Source: an uncultured Gammaproteobacteria bacterium (lineage in GTDB: Bacteria; Pseudomonadota; Gammaproteobacteria; Magnimaribacterales; Magnimaribacteraceae). From it: a stretch of 64,000 nucleotides of DNA. Shown here in pieces: positions 48,427 through 57,433 of this stretch. The notes beneath the pieces are model-generated. The model ran no database searches and was not told the origin of the DNA. It saw nothing but the letters and a program-made list of their open reading frames with translations. A program made the translations under genes and the position numbers. Location of the stretch: NCBI GenBank assembly GCA_964614345.1, contig CAZTLP010000004.1, forward strand, positions 2,491 to 66,490, given 5' to 3'. Numbering within the stretch: position 1 is the stretch's first letter; the number at the start of each line of letters is the position of its first letter.

Positions 48427-49953
48427 GTGATAAAGAGAATTCTATCGTTTTTTACTTTATTTTTGTCGTTCTTATCGCATGCAGAAATAAAAGAATTAAC
48501 TATTCTTCATACCAACGATCTACATTCTCATCTCTTTCCCCATATTGAAACTTGGATAAGTGAAACTAGAGAAGTAGGAGGCTTTGCAAATTTAGCAACT
48601 CTAGTAAAAAGAGAAAAAGCAGCTAACTCAGATACCATCTACATTGATTCTGGAGATTATTTTTCAGGACCCTATGTCAGTACTCTGACAAAAGGTAAGG
48701 CGGTTATTAATTCTATGAATCTTCTTGGTCTTGATGCCGCTTGTATTGGAAATCATGAGTTTGATCATGGTTGGGACAATATGCTTGAGCAAATGCAGGA
48801 AGCTACCTTTCCAATTTTGAATGGCAATATATTTTTTGAAGGCACTAATCAGTTGGTTTGGAATAATCCTTATTTAGTGATAGAAAAAGGCGGCTTAAAA
48901 ATTGGTTTAATCGGCCTTCACGGAAAGTTTGCTTTTTATGACACTATTAATTTCAAGATGACTAAGGGCATCGAAGCCAGAAACGAAGAAGAATATCTAA
49001 GAAAATATATAGCAGAACTTGACCCTATTACTGATTTAATAATTCTCAGTATTCATCAAGGCATGCCAGGAAGACAATCCAGCCTTGGAAAGGTTGACGT
49101 AGAGAGGAGCCTTCGTAAAGACATTATGTTAGCTAAGAACGTTCCAGGCGTAGACGTGATTATTTCAGGACATGCTCATCAAGGCACACCTAAAGCTCTC
49201 CTATCAAACGGAACTATCATAGTTTCAACGAATGCTTATACAACCGAACTAGGAAAGTTAAAAATAAAATATGATACAGACAAAAAGCAAATCATTTCGC
49301 ATTCAAATAAGCTAATAACTGTTTTTGATGATGAAATAGAAGACGACCCAGATATGCTTAGAGAGATTGAGTTTTGGCAAAAGGAAGTAGAAAAAATAGC
49401 TTCAATTCCCGTCTTCACTTCTTCTAAGAAATTGGTTCGAGCATATGGAAAAGAATCAAACATGGGTAATTTATTTGCTGACGCTGTTGCTGCTTCAGAT
49501 GAAAGGATAGATGTTGCAGTTATAAATAGTGGGGCTCTAAGGCAGGATATTGATGCCGGAATTGTAACTAAAGGAGACTTAATCTCTGCTTTTCCTTTCC
49601 CCAATACTTTAGTTATGACTAAGTTGAAAGGTATCCAAGTCAGAGAAATTTTCAACCATGCCGCTGGCATGACAAATGGAGTATTACAAATATCTGAAAA
49701 TTCTAGGTACTCTTTTACCCCCGGTGAACAAGTCCACGAGATCTGGATTAAAGGTGAACTAGTTACAGATGAAGAAGAGTATTGGGTTGCAGCACCAAAT
49801 TTTGTTACTCAAGGTGGTGACGGATATTGGGCATTTCAAGATGCAATAGAATATATCGACACCGGAGTTGTAATTGTAGATGCTGTTGAAGATTTTATGC
49901 AAAACAAAGAAATCTATAGTCCTAAATTTGAGAGCAGAATACTTATTAAGTAA
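48427..49953 (+). CDS. Secreted bifunctional metallophosphatase/5'-nucleotidase (UshA-like)
   Basis: 508 aa with a GTG start and a signal peptide. Calcineurin-like motifs HTNDLHSH, GDYF, GNHEFD and GHAH, plus a C-terminal 5'-nucleotidase domain. Confidence 0.85.
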   Translation: MIKRILSFFTLFLSFLSHAEIKELTILHTNDLHSHLFPHIETWISETREVGGFANLATLVKREKAANSDTIYIDSGDYFSGPYVSTLTKGKAVINSMNLLGLDAACIGNHEFDHGWDNMLEQMQEATFPILNGNIFFEGTNQLVWNNPYLVIEKGGLKIGLIGLHGKFAFYDTINFKMTKGIEARNEEEYLRKYIAELDPITDLIILSIHQGMPGRQSSLGKVDVERSLRKDIMLAKNVPGVDVIISGHAHQGTPKALLSNGTIIVSTNAYTTELGKLKIKYDTDKKQIISHSNKLITVFDDEIEDDPDMLREIEFWQKEVEKIASIPVFTSSKKLVRAYGKESNMGNLFADAVAASDERIDVAVINSGALRQDIDAGIVTKGDLISAFPFPNTLVMTKLKGIQVREIFNHAAGMTNGVLQISENSRYSFTPGEQVHEIWIKGELVTDEEEYWVAAPNFVTQGGDGYWAFQDAIEYIDTGVVIVDAVEDFMQNKEIYSPKFESRILIK

Positions 49954-50039
49954 GAAACATAAGTGGTCAATAACTATTAAAGAAATTCAAGCCTTCCCAG
50001 AACCATCTAAAATAGATAAAGTTATTAAAGGAATACGAT

Positions 50040-50444
50040 ATGAGGATTTTAAGAATTACCTTAATTAGTTTACTAGCCCTTTACATCGGTTTAGTTGTTT
50101 TATTTGAATCTTGGTTAGGTTACTCACAACCCACCAATACAAATAGTTTAGTAATTACAACTTTTGATAGTGGGGAAACGAAGGACAGAGTACTTTCGGC
50201 AGTAAATAATGACGGCAAACTTTATGTTTCAGCAAACCATTGGCCTCGTGCTTGGTATAGACAAGCTTTGTCTAATCCCAACGTAGAAGTTTTGTATAAA
50301 GGAGAGAAAAATTCTTATTTAGCTATTTCTGTTGAAGGCGAAGAACATAATAGGCTTATGAAAGAACATGCTCATCCATTAACTTTCAGGATTCTAACGG
50401 GCTTTCCTCCTAGGTACTTTATTCGTTTAGACTTAAAGGACTAA
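50040..50444 (+). CDS. Membrane-anchored small protein, DUF385/PNPOx split-barrel-like
   Basis: 134 aa with an N-terminal TM helix. HWPRAWYRQALSNPNVEVLYKGEK resembles the P.WY.NL.ANP.V.V block of the deazaflavin-dependent nitroreductase-like (DUF385) family, recalled from memory. Confidence 0.45.
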   Translation: MRILRITLISLLALYIGLVVLFESWLGYSQPTNTNSLVITTFDSGETKDRVLSAVNNDGKLYVSANHWPRAWYRQALSNPNVEVLYKGEKNSYLAISVEGEEHNRLMKEHAHPLTFRILTGFPPRYFIRLDLKD

Positions 50445-50497
50445 GTTAACCTTCATCAAACTATTATTAGTTCGTTTTTTATGACAGTATTGATCGT

Positions 50498-51049
50498 ATG
50501 AAGAAATTTTTTGTGTTGTTAGTAAAAACAATAGGTGGAGTTGTCGGTCTAATCGTTTTAGTTGTGTTCTCTATTTTTGCCGTGGCTAGATTCAGCGATG
50601 GTCCGATAGGTGATGGACCGCCTTTAGAAATGGTAACTGCAGGCCCCTTTAAAACAGGCGAGTTACAGGTTAGTGACGATGAACCTGATTGGAGTTTTCT
50701 GAAAGACTATCCTATTGTGCAATTTCAACTTTTGGATCCTCCTCGCTCTCGAACTACTTTTATTATGGAAACTGAAGGGAGAATTTTTATTCCTTCAGGC
50801 TATATGAACAGCACAGTAGGTAAGATCTGGAAGCATTGGCCAATGGAAGCGGAAAAAGATGGCAGAGCCCTTTTAAGAGTAGATGGAAAAATTTATGAAA
50901 GAACGATGGTCCGCATAGAGGAAGGTGAGATCCTAACTGACATTTTAGGAGAGCTAAGCAGAAAATATGCAGGAGGGTTCCCCGTTTCTCAAGAGAATAT
51001 AGATTCTGGAGACTTGTGGATCTTTGAGTTGGAGCCAAGAAAGAATTAA
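50498..51049 (+). CDS. Membrane-anchored hypothetical protein
   Basis: 183 aa with an N-terminal TM helix. I recognise no motif. Confidence 0.45.
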   Translation: MKKFFVLLVKTIGGVVGLIVLVVFSIFAVARFSDGPIGDGPPLEMVTAGPFKTGELQVSDDEPDWSFLKDYPIVQFQLLDPPRSRTTFIMETEGRIFIPSGYMNSTVGKIWKHWPMEAEKDGRALLRVDGKIYERTMVRIEEGEILTDILGELSRKYAGGFPVSQENIDSGDLWIFELEPRKN

Positions 51050-51068
51050 ATTTTTTCCTTAAATTTTT

Positions 51069-51986
51069 TTAAGCACTGATAGTCTTCTCAAGCATTTCAT
51101 CCAGAGTAGTTAGATTAATACCCAGCTCTTTGCTAACAGGCAAAGGGTCAATATCATCGTCATGATCTAACACTCCCAACATAGCCTGAGTTATGGGGGG
51201 TTTGGAAACTAGCACTTCACAAATTTTTGCTAATGTGTAACCAATAAAGAGCGGGAGAGAAAAGACTTTCACTTTTACTCCTAAATTTTTTGCTGCCTTC
51301 ATGATTAGTTTTTCTCGAGTAAGAGAAGTTGGACCAGCAAGAGTCTTAATTCCAGTAGACGAATGACTCTCTTGGAGAGTTCTATTTATATCTATATTTA
51401 TAACATCAATGATATCTTTGGCATAAATGGGTTGCTCTAAACTAAGTTTTCTAAAGGTGAAATTAATTCTGGAAAGAGCATTTTTTTTTAAAGCTTCAAA
51501 AGCATAATCACCTTCTCCCAGTACCATTGGGACTTGCAGGATTAGGGAAGGTATATCGGAATCTAAGAAGAGTTTTTCTGCAAATCCCCTAGAAGAAAAA
51601 CAGGTATTTTCAGAGTCTTCTTTAGCACCCAAAATACTTATATAACAACATTTCTTGATACCACTACCTTTGATAGCTGACACAAGTGCCTTTGTGGTTT
51701 GTTTGTGAACGACATCAAATCTATTGTCTTTATTTTCTTTAATTATGCCCACTAGATGCAGCATATATGTGCATGATCTAGCTAACCCCTTAATGACTTG
51801 CTCATCAAGGTAATCACACTTAACTACTTGAACATCTTGAATATCATGAGCCTGTACGAAACTCATCAAATCATCTTTAGCTTTCTCTGATCTTACTAGA
51901 GCACAAACATCCACTTCCCTTTTGCAGAGCATGAACTTCTTACCTAAATTACCATTAGCACCTGTTACTAAGATTTTGTCTTTCAT
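51069..51986 (-). CDS. NAD(P)-binding epimerase/dehydratase-like (atypical SDR, NmrA/NDUFA9-like)
   Basis: 305 aa with the N-terminal Rossmann motif ILVTGANGNLGKKF. Confidence 0.75.
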   Translation of the reverse strand: MKDKILVTGANGNLGKKFMLCKREVDVCALVRSEKAKDDLMSFVQAHDIQDVQVVKCDYLDEQVIKGLARSCTYMLHLVGIIKENKDNRFDVVHKQTTKALVSAIKGSGIKKCCYISILGAKEDSENTCFSSRGFAEKLFLDSDIPSLILQVPMVLGEGDYAFEALKKNALSRINFTFRKLSLEQPIYAKDIIDVINIDINRTLQESHSSTGIKTLAGPTSLTREKLIMKAAKNLGVKVKVFSLPLFIGYTLAKICEVLVSKPPITQAMLGVLDHDDDIDPLPVSKELGINLTTLDEMLEKTISA

Positions 51987-51990
51987 AATC

Positions 51991-52515
51991 TTATCTAGTT
52001 AATAAAGTCCACAATCTCTCAGACATCGACACTAAAGTTGAAGCAATCAGAACCCAAGCACAAGTAATAAAAAATTTATCAAGTTGATCAAAACTTATGG
52101 CTTGAGAAAAAATACAGATACTCGCCAAAACATAGTAAGCGATTCCATTTGAGCGACCTAAAAAGCTGGTCCTTAACTTATATCCAGATAGTGCTTTGGA
52201 ATCTAAGACATATTGAAGAAAAGAACCTAGTACCAGTATAGGAAGAAGCAATGGTATCCCGTGAGTTTTGTTTAGCACAAATAACAAAGCAGCTACCAAT
52301 AGGGCATCACAAGAATGATCTAAGAGTCCTCCGGTTGCAGTTTCTTGACCCTTCTTTCTTGCAATGGGTCCATCCAGCAGATCACTAAGAATAGCCAGCA
52401 ATAGTAAAAAACTAGCAGTTAACCACCAGTCAGAAAGAATAATCCAGACGATTACAGGCGCAATGATTAATCTAGATAGGCTTAAAGAATTAGCTAAAGT
52501 AAAAGAGATCTTCAC
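51991..52515 (-). CDS. CDP-alcohol phosphatidyltransferase family protein
   Basis: 174 aa, multi-pass. It has the full signature DLLDGPIARKKGQETATGGLLDHSCDAL, which is D(x)2DG(x)2AR(x)8G(x)3D(x)3D. Confidence 0.85.
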   Translation of the reverse strand: MKISFTLANSLSLSRLIIAPVIVWIILSDWWLTASFLLLLAILSDLLDGPIARKKGQETATGGLLDHSCDALLVAALLFVLNKTHGIPLLLPILVLGSFLQYVLDSKALSGYKLRTSFLGRSNGIAYYVLASICIFSQAISFDQLDKFFITCAWVLIASTLVSMSERLWTLLTR

Positions 52516-53490
52516 TTAATTTGATTTATTACCAAATAATTCTTTATTAGCTCTGGGAAGAAACATTAGACCTATCACTGCATTGAATAAAATAAAAAAG
52601 TTATGCTGTAAAAAACCAAAAGCTGCCATTTCCCCTTCATTCTCAGGGAAAAGAATTATCCAAGAGGTTATAGCGGCAGCTCGCATAGGGGTGGGAACTG
52701 TCGCAGCGAAAAATATTACTGGAAGAAGAGGAAGTAGGGTCATTGAAGATACTTGCACACCAAAGAAGCCCAATGCTGTCGAGTAAACAAATACAGCAGC
52801 AATTAATAGGGGTGATCTCAGTAAGAAAAAAGCTCCGTAATGTTTGAGTTTAGCCAATCTGAAGGCATGAAAAATTTCTAAATTTCTTATTCTGTTGTTC
52901 TGAAATAAAGGTCCTCGAAAGAAAAATACCCAAAGGATAAAAAATATTGCTCCACCAATAGCAATATATTGAACCAACCCAAATACTTCAGGTAAATCTT
53001 GACCTCCAATGGTAAAACCTATGGTTGCCCAAACTAATAAATAGAATATTTCACAAAACATTATGAACAGCATTAATGAAGTAACTTCCCATCCAGGTAC
53101 CTGATCACGTCTGTTTAAGTAAAAGGCCATCGCACCTTTCCCAATTTGCTCATTAAACATGGAGATGATGTAAGCACTGGCTCGGATAGGCAAAATGTCA
53201 GTGTATTTAATATCTTTAATAAACCAATTAAGTGCTCTAGTTATGATTAATGTGTCTACGGAAAAATAGAATAGACAGTAACCGGTCATCATTAATAGCC
53301 ACGGAATCCAGTTTACCGCTGCAAAAACAACCAACATGTATTCGATCAGAGTCATGCCTTCTCTTAAGGCAGCTCCATTTAATCTAGTATAGATATAGTA
53401 AAAACACGCTAAAGCAATCCCAATTAGTAAGATCTTTCCAATCCCATTAGACTTTTTAGGATTTACTTCCGGACTTTCAGATGTGCTCAA
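52516..53490 (-). CDS. Polytopic integral membrane protein (possibly UPF0104/flippase-like)
   Basis: 324 aa with a TTG start and about eight hydrophobic segments. Its stop abuts the start of the phosphatidyltransferase gene. The family guess is weak. Confidence 0.55.
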   Translation of the reverse strand: MSTSESPEVNPKKSNGIGKILLIGIALACFYYIYTRLNGAALREGMTLIEYMLVVFAAVNWIPWLLMMTGYCLFYFSVDTLIITRALNWFIKDIKYTDILPIRASAYIISMFNEQIGKGAMAFYLNRRDQVPGWEVTSLMLFIMFCEIFYLLVWATIGFTIGGQDLPEVFGLVQYIAIGGAIFFILWVFFFRGPLFQNNRIRNLEIFHAFRLAKLKHYGAFFLLRSPLLIAAVFVYSTALGFFGVQVSSMTLLPLLPVIFFAATVPTPMRAAAITSWIILFPENEGEMAAFGFLQHNFFILFNAVIGLMFLPRANKELFGNKSN

Positions 53491-53506
53491 TATTTTCTCT
53501 AATTAT

Positions 53507-53528
53507 GGAAGTTCAAGTCTTCCCAGAC
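53507..53528 (+). repeat. 22-nt eroded copy of the tRNA-Ile T-arm/acceptor sequence (old att scar)
   Basis: GGAAGTTCAAGTCTTCCCAGAC is identical to 45898-45919. It lies in the divergent intergenic gap 53491-53556. Confidence 0.75.
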
Positions 53529-53556
53529 TTATAAGTTTAAGTTACATTAGAAGATC

Positions 53557-54000
53557 ATGTTTAATTGGTCAACAATTCTTCCCCAGCCTAATAATAACTA
53601 TTCAGGTTCTAAGATTTCTCTTTATTATCTGGTGTTATTAGCCTGTATGTTTACTTTTCGTGGTTGTGTCCATTATTTTGCTCCGGATGGAGGTAATGGG
53701 ATTATTGCAGGCATACCTCTAGAAACTTACCCGCAAGGAGCTGTCCAAACTATTAATACGTTCGCTGGTGTTTCTGGAAAGTATCATTTGATGGAAGCAG
53801 TATTGGCTTGGTTGATTATTTTTAGATGGAGAGCTTTAATCCCAATTTTTTTTCTATATCTTGGAATAACTGAGATTCTGGGACTTATTTTAATAAATTG
53901 GAAACCCTTACCCGTTACACCACCTGGGGAAATAGGCGCTTATATTTTATTTCCTATTACTTTGGTTGCATTTCTCTTATCTGTCAGACAATCTAAGTGA
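53557..54000 (+). CDS. Small multi-pass membrane protein, unknown function
   Basis: 147 aa with about four hydrophobic segments. Its stop overlaps the GTG start of the next gene. Confidence 0.5.
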   Translation: MFNWSTILPQPNNNYSGSKISLYYLVLLACMFTFRGCVHYFAPDGGNGIIAGIPLETYPQGAVQTINTFAGVSGKYHLMEAVLAWLIIFRWRALIPIFFLYLGITEILGLILINWKPLPVTPPGEIGAYILFPITLVAFLLSVRQSK

Positions 54001-54953
54001 TTCTTACTCAGGAACAGCTTTCTTTTTTTAAAGTAAACGGATACTTAATTCTTCCAAAGATTCTTGACTCTGGCCTTTGTGAGAGAGCACGTGATTTACT
54101 TTGGTCTTCTTTACCCAAAGAAACGAATATTAAGAGAGAAGATCCGTCAACTCATGTAGGACCATTTATTGATAAGGACTTAGAAGAAGATGTAACAAAT
54201 CTTCGACAAGGATATAAGTGGCAACTTAGATCAATAGGTACTGATCAGTTGATGATCGATCTTGTCTACTCTGAGACATTGCAACAAATAGCAGAAGAAC
54301 TATTAGGCAAAGGTACATTAGTAAAACCCAAAGTAGGGGGAAAAACTATGGGTCAGCATGGAGCAGCTTGGCCAGGAGGCCCTGTTGATCCGGCCTTAGA
54401 TAATGAAGGTGCTAGAGGGATCTATGCAACTCTCCCGTATGGGGATAAAGAAAAGGAACCAGATTTTTGTCATAGTGATGGGCATCCTTTTAACTTAAGT
54501 CTGGTTGGATTAATTGATGATGTACTTCCCAATGGAGGAGCTTTCAAGGTTTGGCCGGGTTCTCATAAAAGACTTTATCCAACATTTCAAATGCAGTATG
54601 ACCAACCGAGAATAGCTTATTATGAGCACTTGCCATCCTATAAAGGAATTATTCAGTCAGAAGCCTATGAAGAGGAAATTAAAAAGGTGATGGAAGATAC
54701 TAAACCTGTTGATTGCTGTGGCTCAGAAGGGGATGTAGTTCTCTGGCATCATCGATTAGCTCATATGGCTGGCCACAACTATTCCAATAGAATGAGGCTT
54801 GCAGTTCTGGGTGATTTCATAAAAAAAGACTTAGATGAAAATAGGGCCAAACCACCTCAAGATAACATGTGGCAAGATTGGTCTGAGGAATTGAATGCTG
54901 CATCAGGGACCTATTCCGATGAAATGGCGAGATCACAAAAGTTGATAGATTAA
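53997..54953 (+). CDS. Fe(II)/2-oxoglutarate dioxygenase, phytanoyl-CoA dioxygenase (PhyH) family
   Basis: 318 aa. The N-terminus LTQEQLSFFKVNGYLILPKILD is typical of PhyH. His/Asp facial-triad candidates are HSDGH and LWHHRLAHMAG. Confidence 0.8.
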   Translation: MILTQEQLSFFKVNGYLILPKILDSGLCERARDLLWSSLPKETNIKREDPSTHVGPFIDKDLEEDVTNLRQGYKWQLRSIGTDQLMIDLVYSETLQQIAEELLGKGTLVKPKVGGKTMGQHGAAWPGGPVDPALDNEGARGIYATLPYGDKEKEPDFCHSDGHPFNLSLVGLIDDVLPNGGAFKVWPGSHKRLYPTFQMQYDQPRIAYYEHLPSYKGIIQSEAYEEEIKKVMEDTKPVDCCGSEGDVVLWHHRLAHMAGHNYSNRMRLAVLGDFIKKDLDENRAKPPQDNMWQDWSEELNAASGTYSDEMARSQKLID

Positions 54954-54996
54954 ATTTTTCTAGATAAATTAAAGGACATTATTTCTGAAATTAACC

Positions 54997-56193
54997 ATGA
55001 AAGTACCAATAGAGTTTACTGAGGAGTATGTAGAAGAAAATTCTCCTCACGACCAACAGATTTATAGAGACTTCTTAAGATCGGGTGAACCTTTCCGTTC
55101 TATTTTTAAGAATAACCCCTGGTTAATGCCACCGGATATTAAGAAACCTCTTGAATGGGGTACAGGTATGTACTGGGATACCACAGTTGCTAGAAAGCAT
55201 GATTATTGGAAAGAGTTTGATCTACCTAAAGCCACTAAAGATATCAATCAAATGAGAAAGGACATCAAGGAATGGGGGTATTGTTTAATTGAAGACGCTA
55301 TGTCCAAAGAACAGTGTGATCGTTTTCATAATCGACTACTTGACCAAGCCGAAGGTGAGAGATTAGCAGGCGTTGACCAACCAACTCCTTCAGGGCAATA
55401 CATTAATACTTTAATTAATAAAGGAGAGGTATTTGCTCAATGCATTGAACAAAATATTGAAGCAGTACAAGCAGGTCCTGTAATAGAACAAATCATGGAT
55501 GAAACTCTAGGTAAGGGTTGGATTTGTCACAGTTTTCTATCCAATGGCTCTGACCCTGGTGGGTATCCTCAAGGTCTGCATATCGATCAAGGCCCTTTGC
55601 TTCCTTGGGTTACTGAAGAAGCACCTGCTTTGTTTAATACCATGTATATTCCTCAAGATGTCAATGAAAAGAACGGCGGCACTTTAGTCATTCCTGGCAG
55701 CCACAAGATACTAATAGAAGCAGGGAGTGGGGGGAAGATAGGTAAATTGCCTCCAGCCATTAACTTAGAAGCTAAAGCTGGAACCATAATGCTTTTTGAC
55801 GGAAGAATGCTGCATGGTACAGGGGCAAATAGAACTGATAAGCAAAGGTTTGTTGCGACTATGAGTAATGTAAAGGCTTGGACTAGAACCCAAGAAAATT
55901 GGGTAATTTCAGTTGCACCGGATGTTTTAGAGAATGCCAGTCCAAAACTTTTACATAGAATCGGATTACAAGCTTTAACTTACGGTGCAACCATTGAAGG
56001 CTTTGGTCTAGGAGCTCCTGGTAGAGTAGGTGATCAATGGGGAAGTATTAAGCAATTTAGAACAGCCTACGATAAGGGAGAGTATGAAAGGGTCAGAGAA
56101 TTGTCTGGTAAATCCTCTAAAAAGGAACTGAATAAGAAATATACTGTTAGGGAAGCAGTAAAAAGAGCTAGAGACTCAGCTAAATCAAAATAA
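54997..56193 (+). CDS. PhyH-family Fe(II)/2-oxoglutarate dioxygenase (long form)
   Basis: 398 aa with GLHIDQ, GGTLVIPGSHK and MLFDGRMLHGTGANRTD, which give the HxD...H triad plus an Arg. Confidence 0.7.
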   Translation: MKVPIEFTEEYVEENSPHDQQIYRDFLRSGEPFRSIFKNNPWLMPPDIKKPLEWGTGMYWDTTVARKHDYWKEFDLPKATKDINQMRKDIKEWGYCLIEDAMSKEQCDRFHNRLLDQAEGERLAGVDQPTPSGQYINTLINKGEVFAQCIEQNIEAVQAGPVIEQIMDETLGKGWICHSFLSNGSDPGGYPQGLHIDQGPLLPWVTEEAPALFNTMYIPQDVNEKNGGTLVIPGSHKILIEAGSGGKIGKLPPAINLEAKAGTIMLFDGRMLHGTGANRTDKQRFVATMSNVKAWTRTQENWVISVAPDVLENASPKLLHRIGLQALTYGATIEGFGLGAPGRVGDQWGSIKQFRTAYDKGEYERVRELSGKSSKKELNKKYTVREAVKRARDSAKSK

Positions 56194-56197
56194 GATT

Positions 56198-57433
56198 TTA
56201 TGAAGAGGGCATCTTGGGCTTAGTTCCTATAATGCCTATTTCTTCAAGTTCGTCTATTTCAGTTTGATTAAATCCTAGAATGTCTTTAAGAACTTCTTGA
56301 TTGTGTTGGCCAAGAGTAGGGGCCGGGGTGTTAATAGGAAGTCTATTTCCATTAACCCTAAAAGGCGCTGAAGGATTTGGCTGATTGCCTACAACAGCTC
56401 GGTCTAGCCATTGCCAAAAGTTTCTAGCATTAAGATGCGGATCGTTAAGTAGGGTAGGCATGGTGTGAGTCGATGCTGCAGGTATTTTAGCTTCCTGCAA
56501 AACATACATTAGTCTTTGAGATTCCTTCGAAGAAGTCCATTCACTGATTGTTTTATCAAGATCTTCAAGCCTAGAGAGTCTATCTGTTAATTCCCCAAAC
56601 TTTTTTAGAGGTGCACCAACCACTTTCTGGAGACTCGACCACTGATCTTCATTTAAGGCTTGAATAACAATCCAATTATCTTCTCCCTCACAAGGATACA
56701 CTCCATTAGGAGCAAAAAATTTAGACTTATTTCCATTTCTTAAGGGCTCTTTACCATTGGCTGTAAATTCAGTAATTCCATGCACCGCCAACGGAAAAAG
56801 TGATTCAACTTGTGATAAGTCTATGAATTGTCCTTTGCCCGTCTTGGCCTGATGTCTTAATGCAATCAAAAGTGCTGAAACTCCATTTAAGCCTGCAACG
56901 GCATCCCCATAAGCTATGTGGTGCATCATAGGAGGATCTGATGACACACCATTAACGTGAGGCAACCCAGAAGATTGCTCAACTGTGGAGCCGTAAGCTC
57001 TATACATTTTCCAAGGCCCAGTTGATCCAAAGGCATGCATGGAAAGTAAAATAATGTCTTCTTTTTCTTTTTTAAATACGTCGTAACTGAAGCCAAGCTT
57101 CGGCAAAACGCTTCCAGAGAAATTTTCCATTACAGCATTAGCTGTTCCAACTAGCCTAAGAAGTATTTCTCTTCCCTTAGGGTTGGATAAATCTAGAGTA
57201 ATGTTTCTATTATTCCTATTAACTGAATTAAAAGCAGGTGACTTTTCTGCACCATCTTCATCAATCCACTCTTGAGTTGCTTCCCAGCTTCGCCACCAAT
57301 CAAAGTTTTCACAACTCTCAACTTTGATCACATCTGCACCTAAATCAGCTAAGTTTCTTGCAGCCAAAGGCCCTGCCCAACCCATACTTAAGTCAATAAT
57401 GCGTATACCTTGTAGAGGTCGATTACTCGTCAT
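56198..57433 (-). CDS. Family III CoA-transferase (CaiB/BaiF)
   Basis: 411 aa. The N-terminal IRIIDLSMGWAGPLAARNLADLGADVIKVE is the family hallmark. Confidence 0.88.
   Translation of the reverse strand: MTSNRPLQGIRIIDLSMGWAGPLAARNLADLGADVIKVESCENFDWWRSWEATQEWIDEDGAEKSPAFNSVNRNNRNITLDLSNPKGREILLRLVGTANAVMENFSGSVLPKLGFSYDVFKKEKEDIILLSMHAFGSTGPWKMYRAYGSTVEQSSGLPHVNGVSSDPPMMHHIAYGDAVAGLNGVSALLIALRHQAKTGKGQFIDLSQVESLFPLAVHGITEFTANGKEPLRNGNKSKFFAPNGVYPCEGEDNWIVIQALNEDQWSSLQKVVGAPLKKFGELTDRLSRLEDLDKTISEWTSSKESQRLMYVLQEAKIPAASTHTMPTLLNDPHLNARNFWQWLDRAVVGNQPNPSAPFRVNGNRLPINTPAPTLGQHNQEVLKDILGFNQTEIDELEEIGIIGTKPKMPSS

Larger units (their letters stand above)
47546..53528. mobile_element. Putative older island (~6 kb) between the second and third tRNA-Ile 3'-end copies
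   Basis: Bounded by the 45-nt copy and the 22-nt eroded copy at 53507-53528. The content is accessory-looking, the composition is host-like, and no integrase is present. Confidence 0.35.

Noticed and set aside
49236-49670. 144-aa ORF antisense to the 5'-nucleotidase gene
   Set aside because: It is a shadow ORF. The plus-strand frame carries the metallophosphatase/5'-nucleotidase motifs.
49880-50068. 62-aa ORF bridging the 5'-nucleotidase 3' end and the next gene
   Set aside because: It overlaps two better-supported genes and has no ribosome-binding site or motif.
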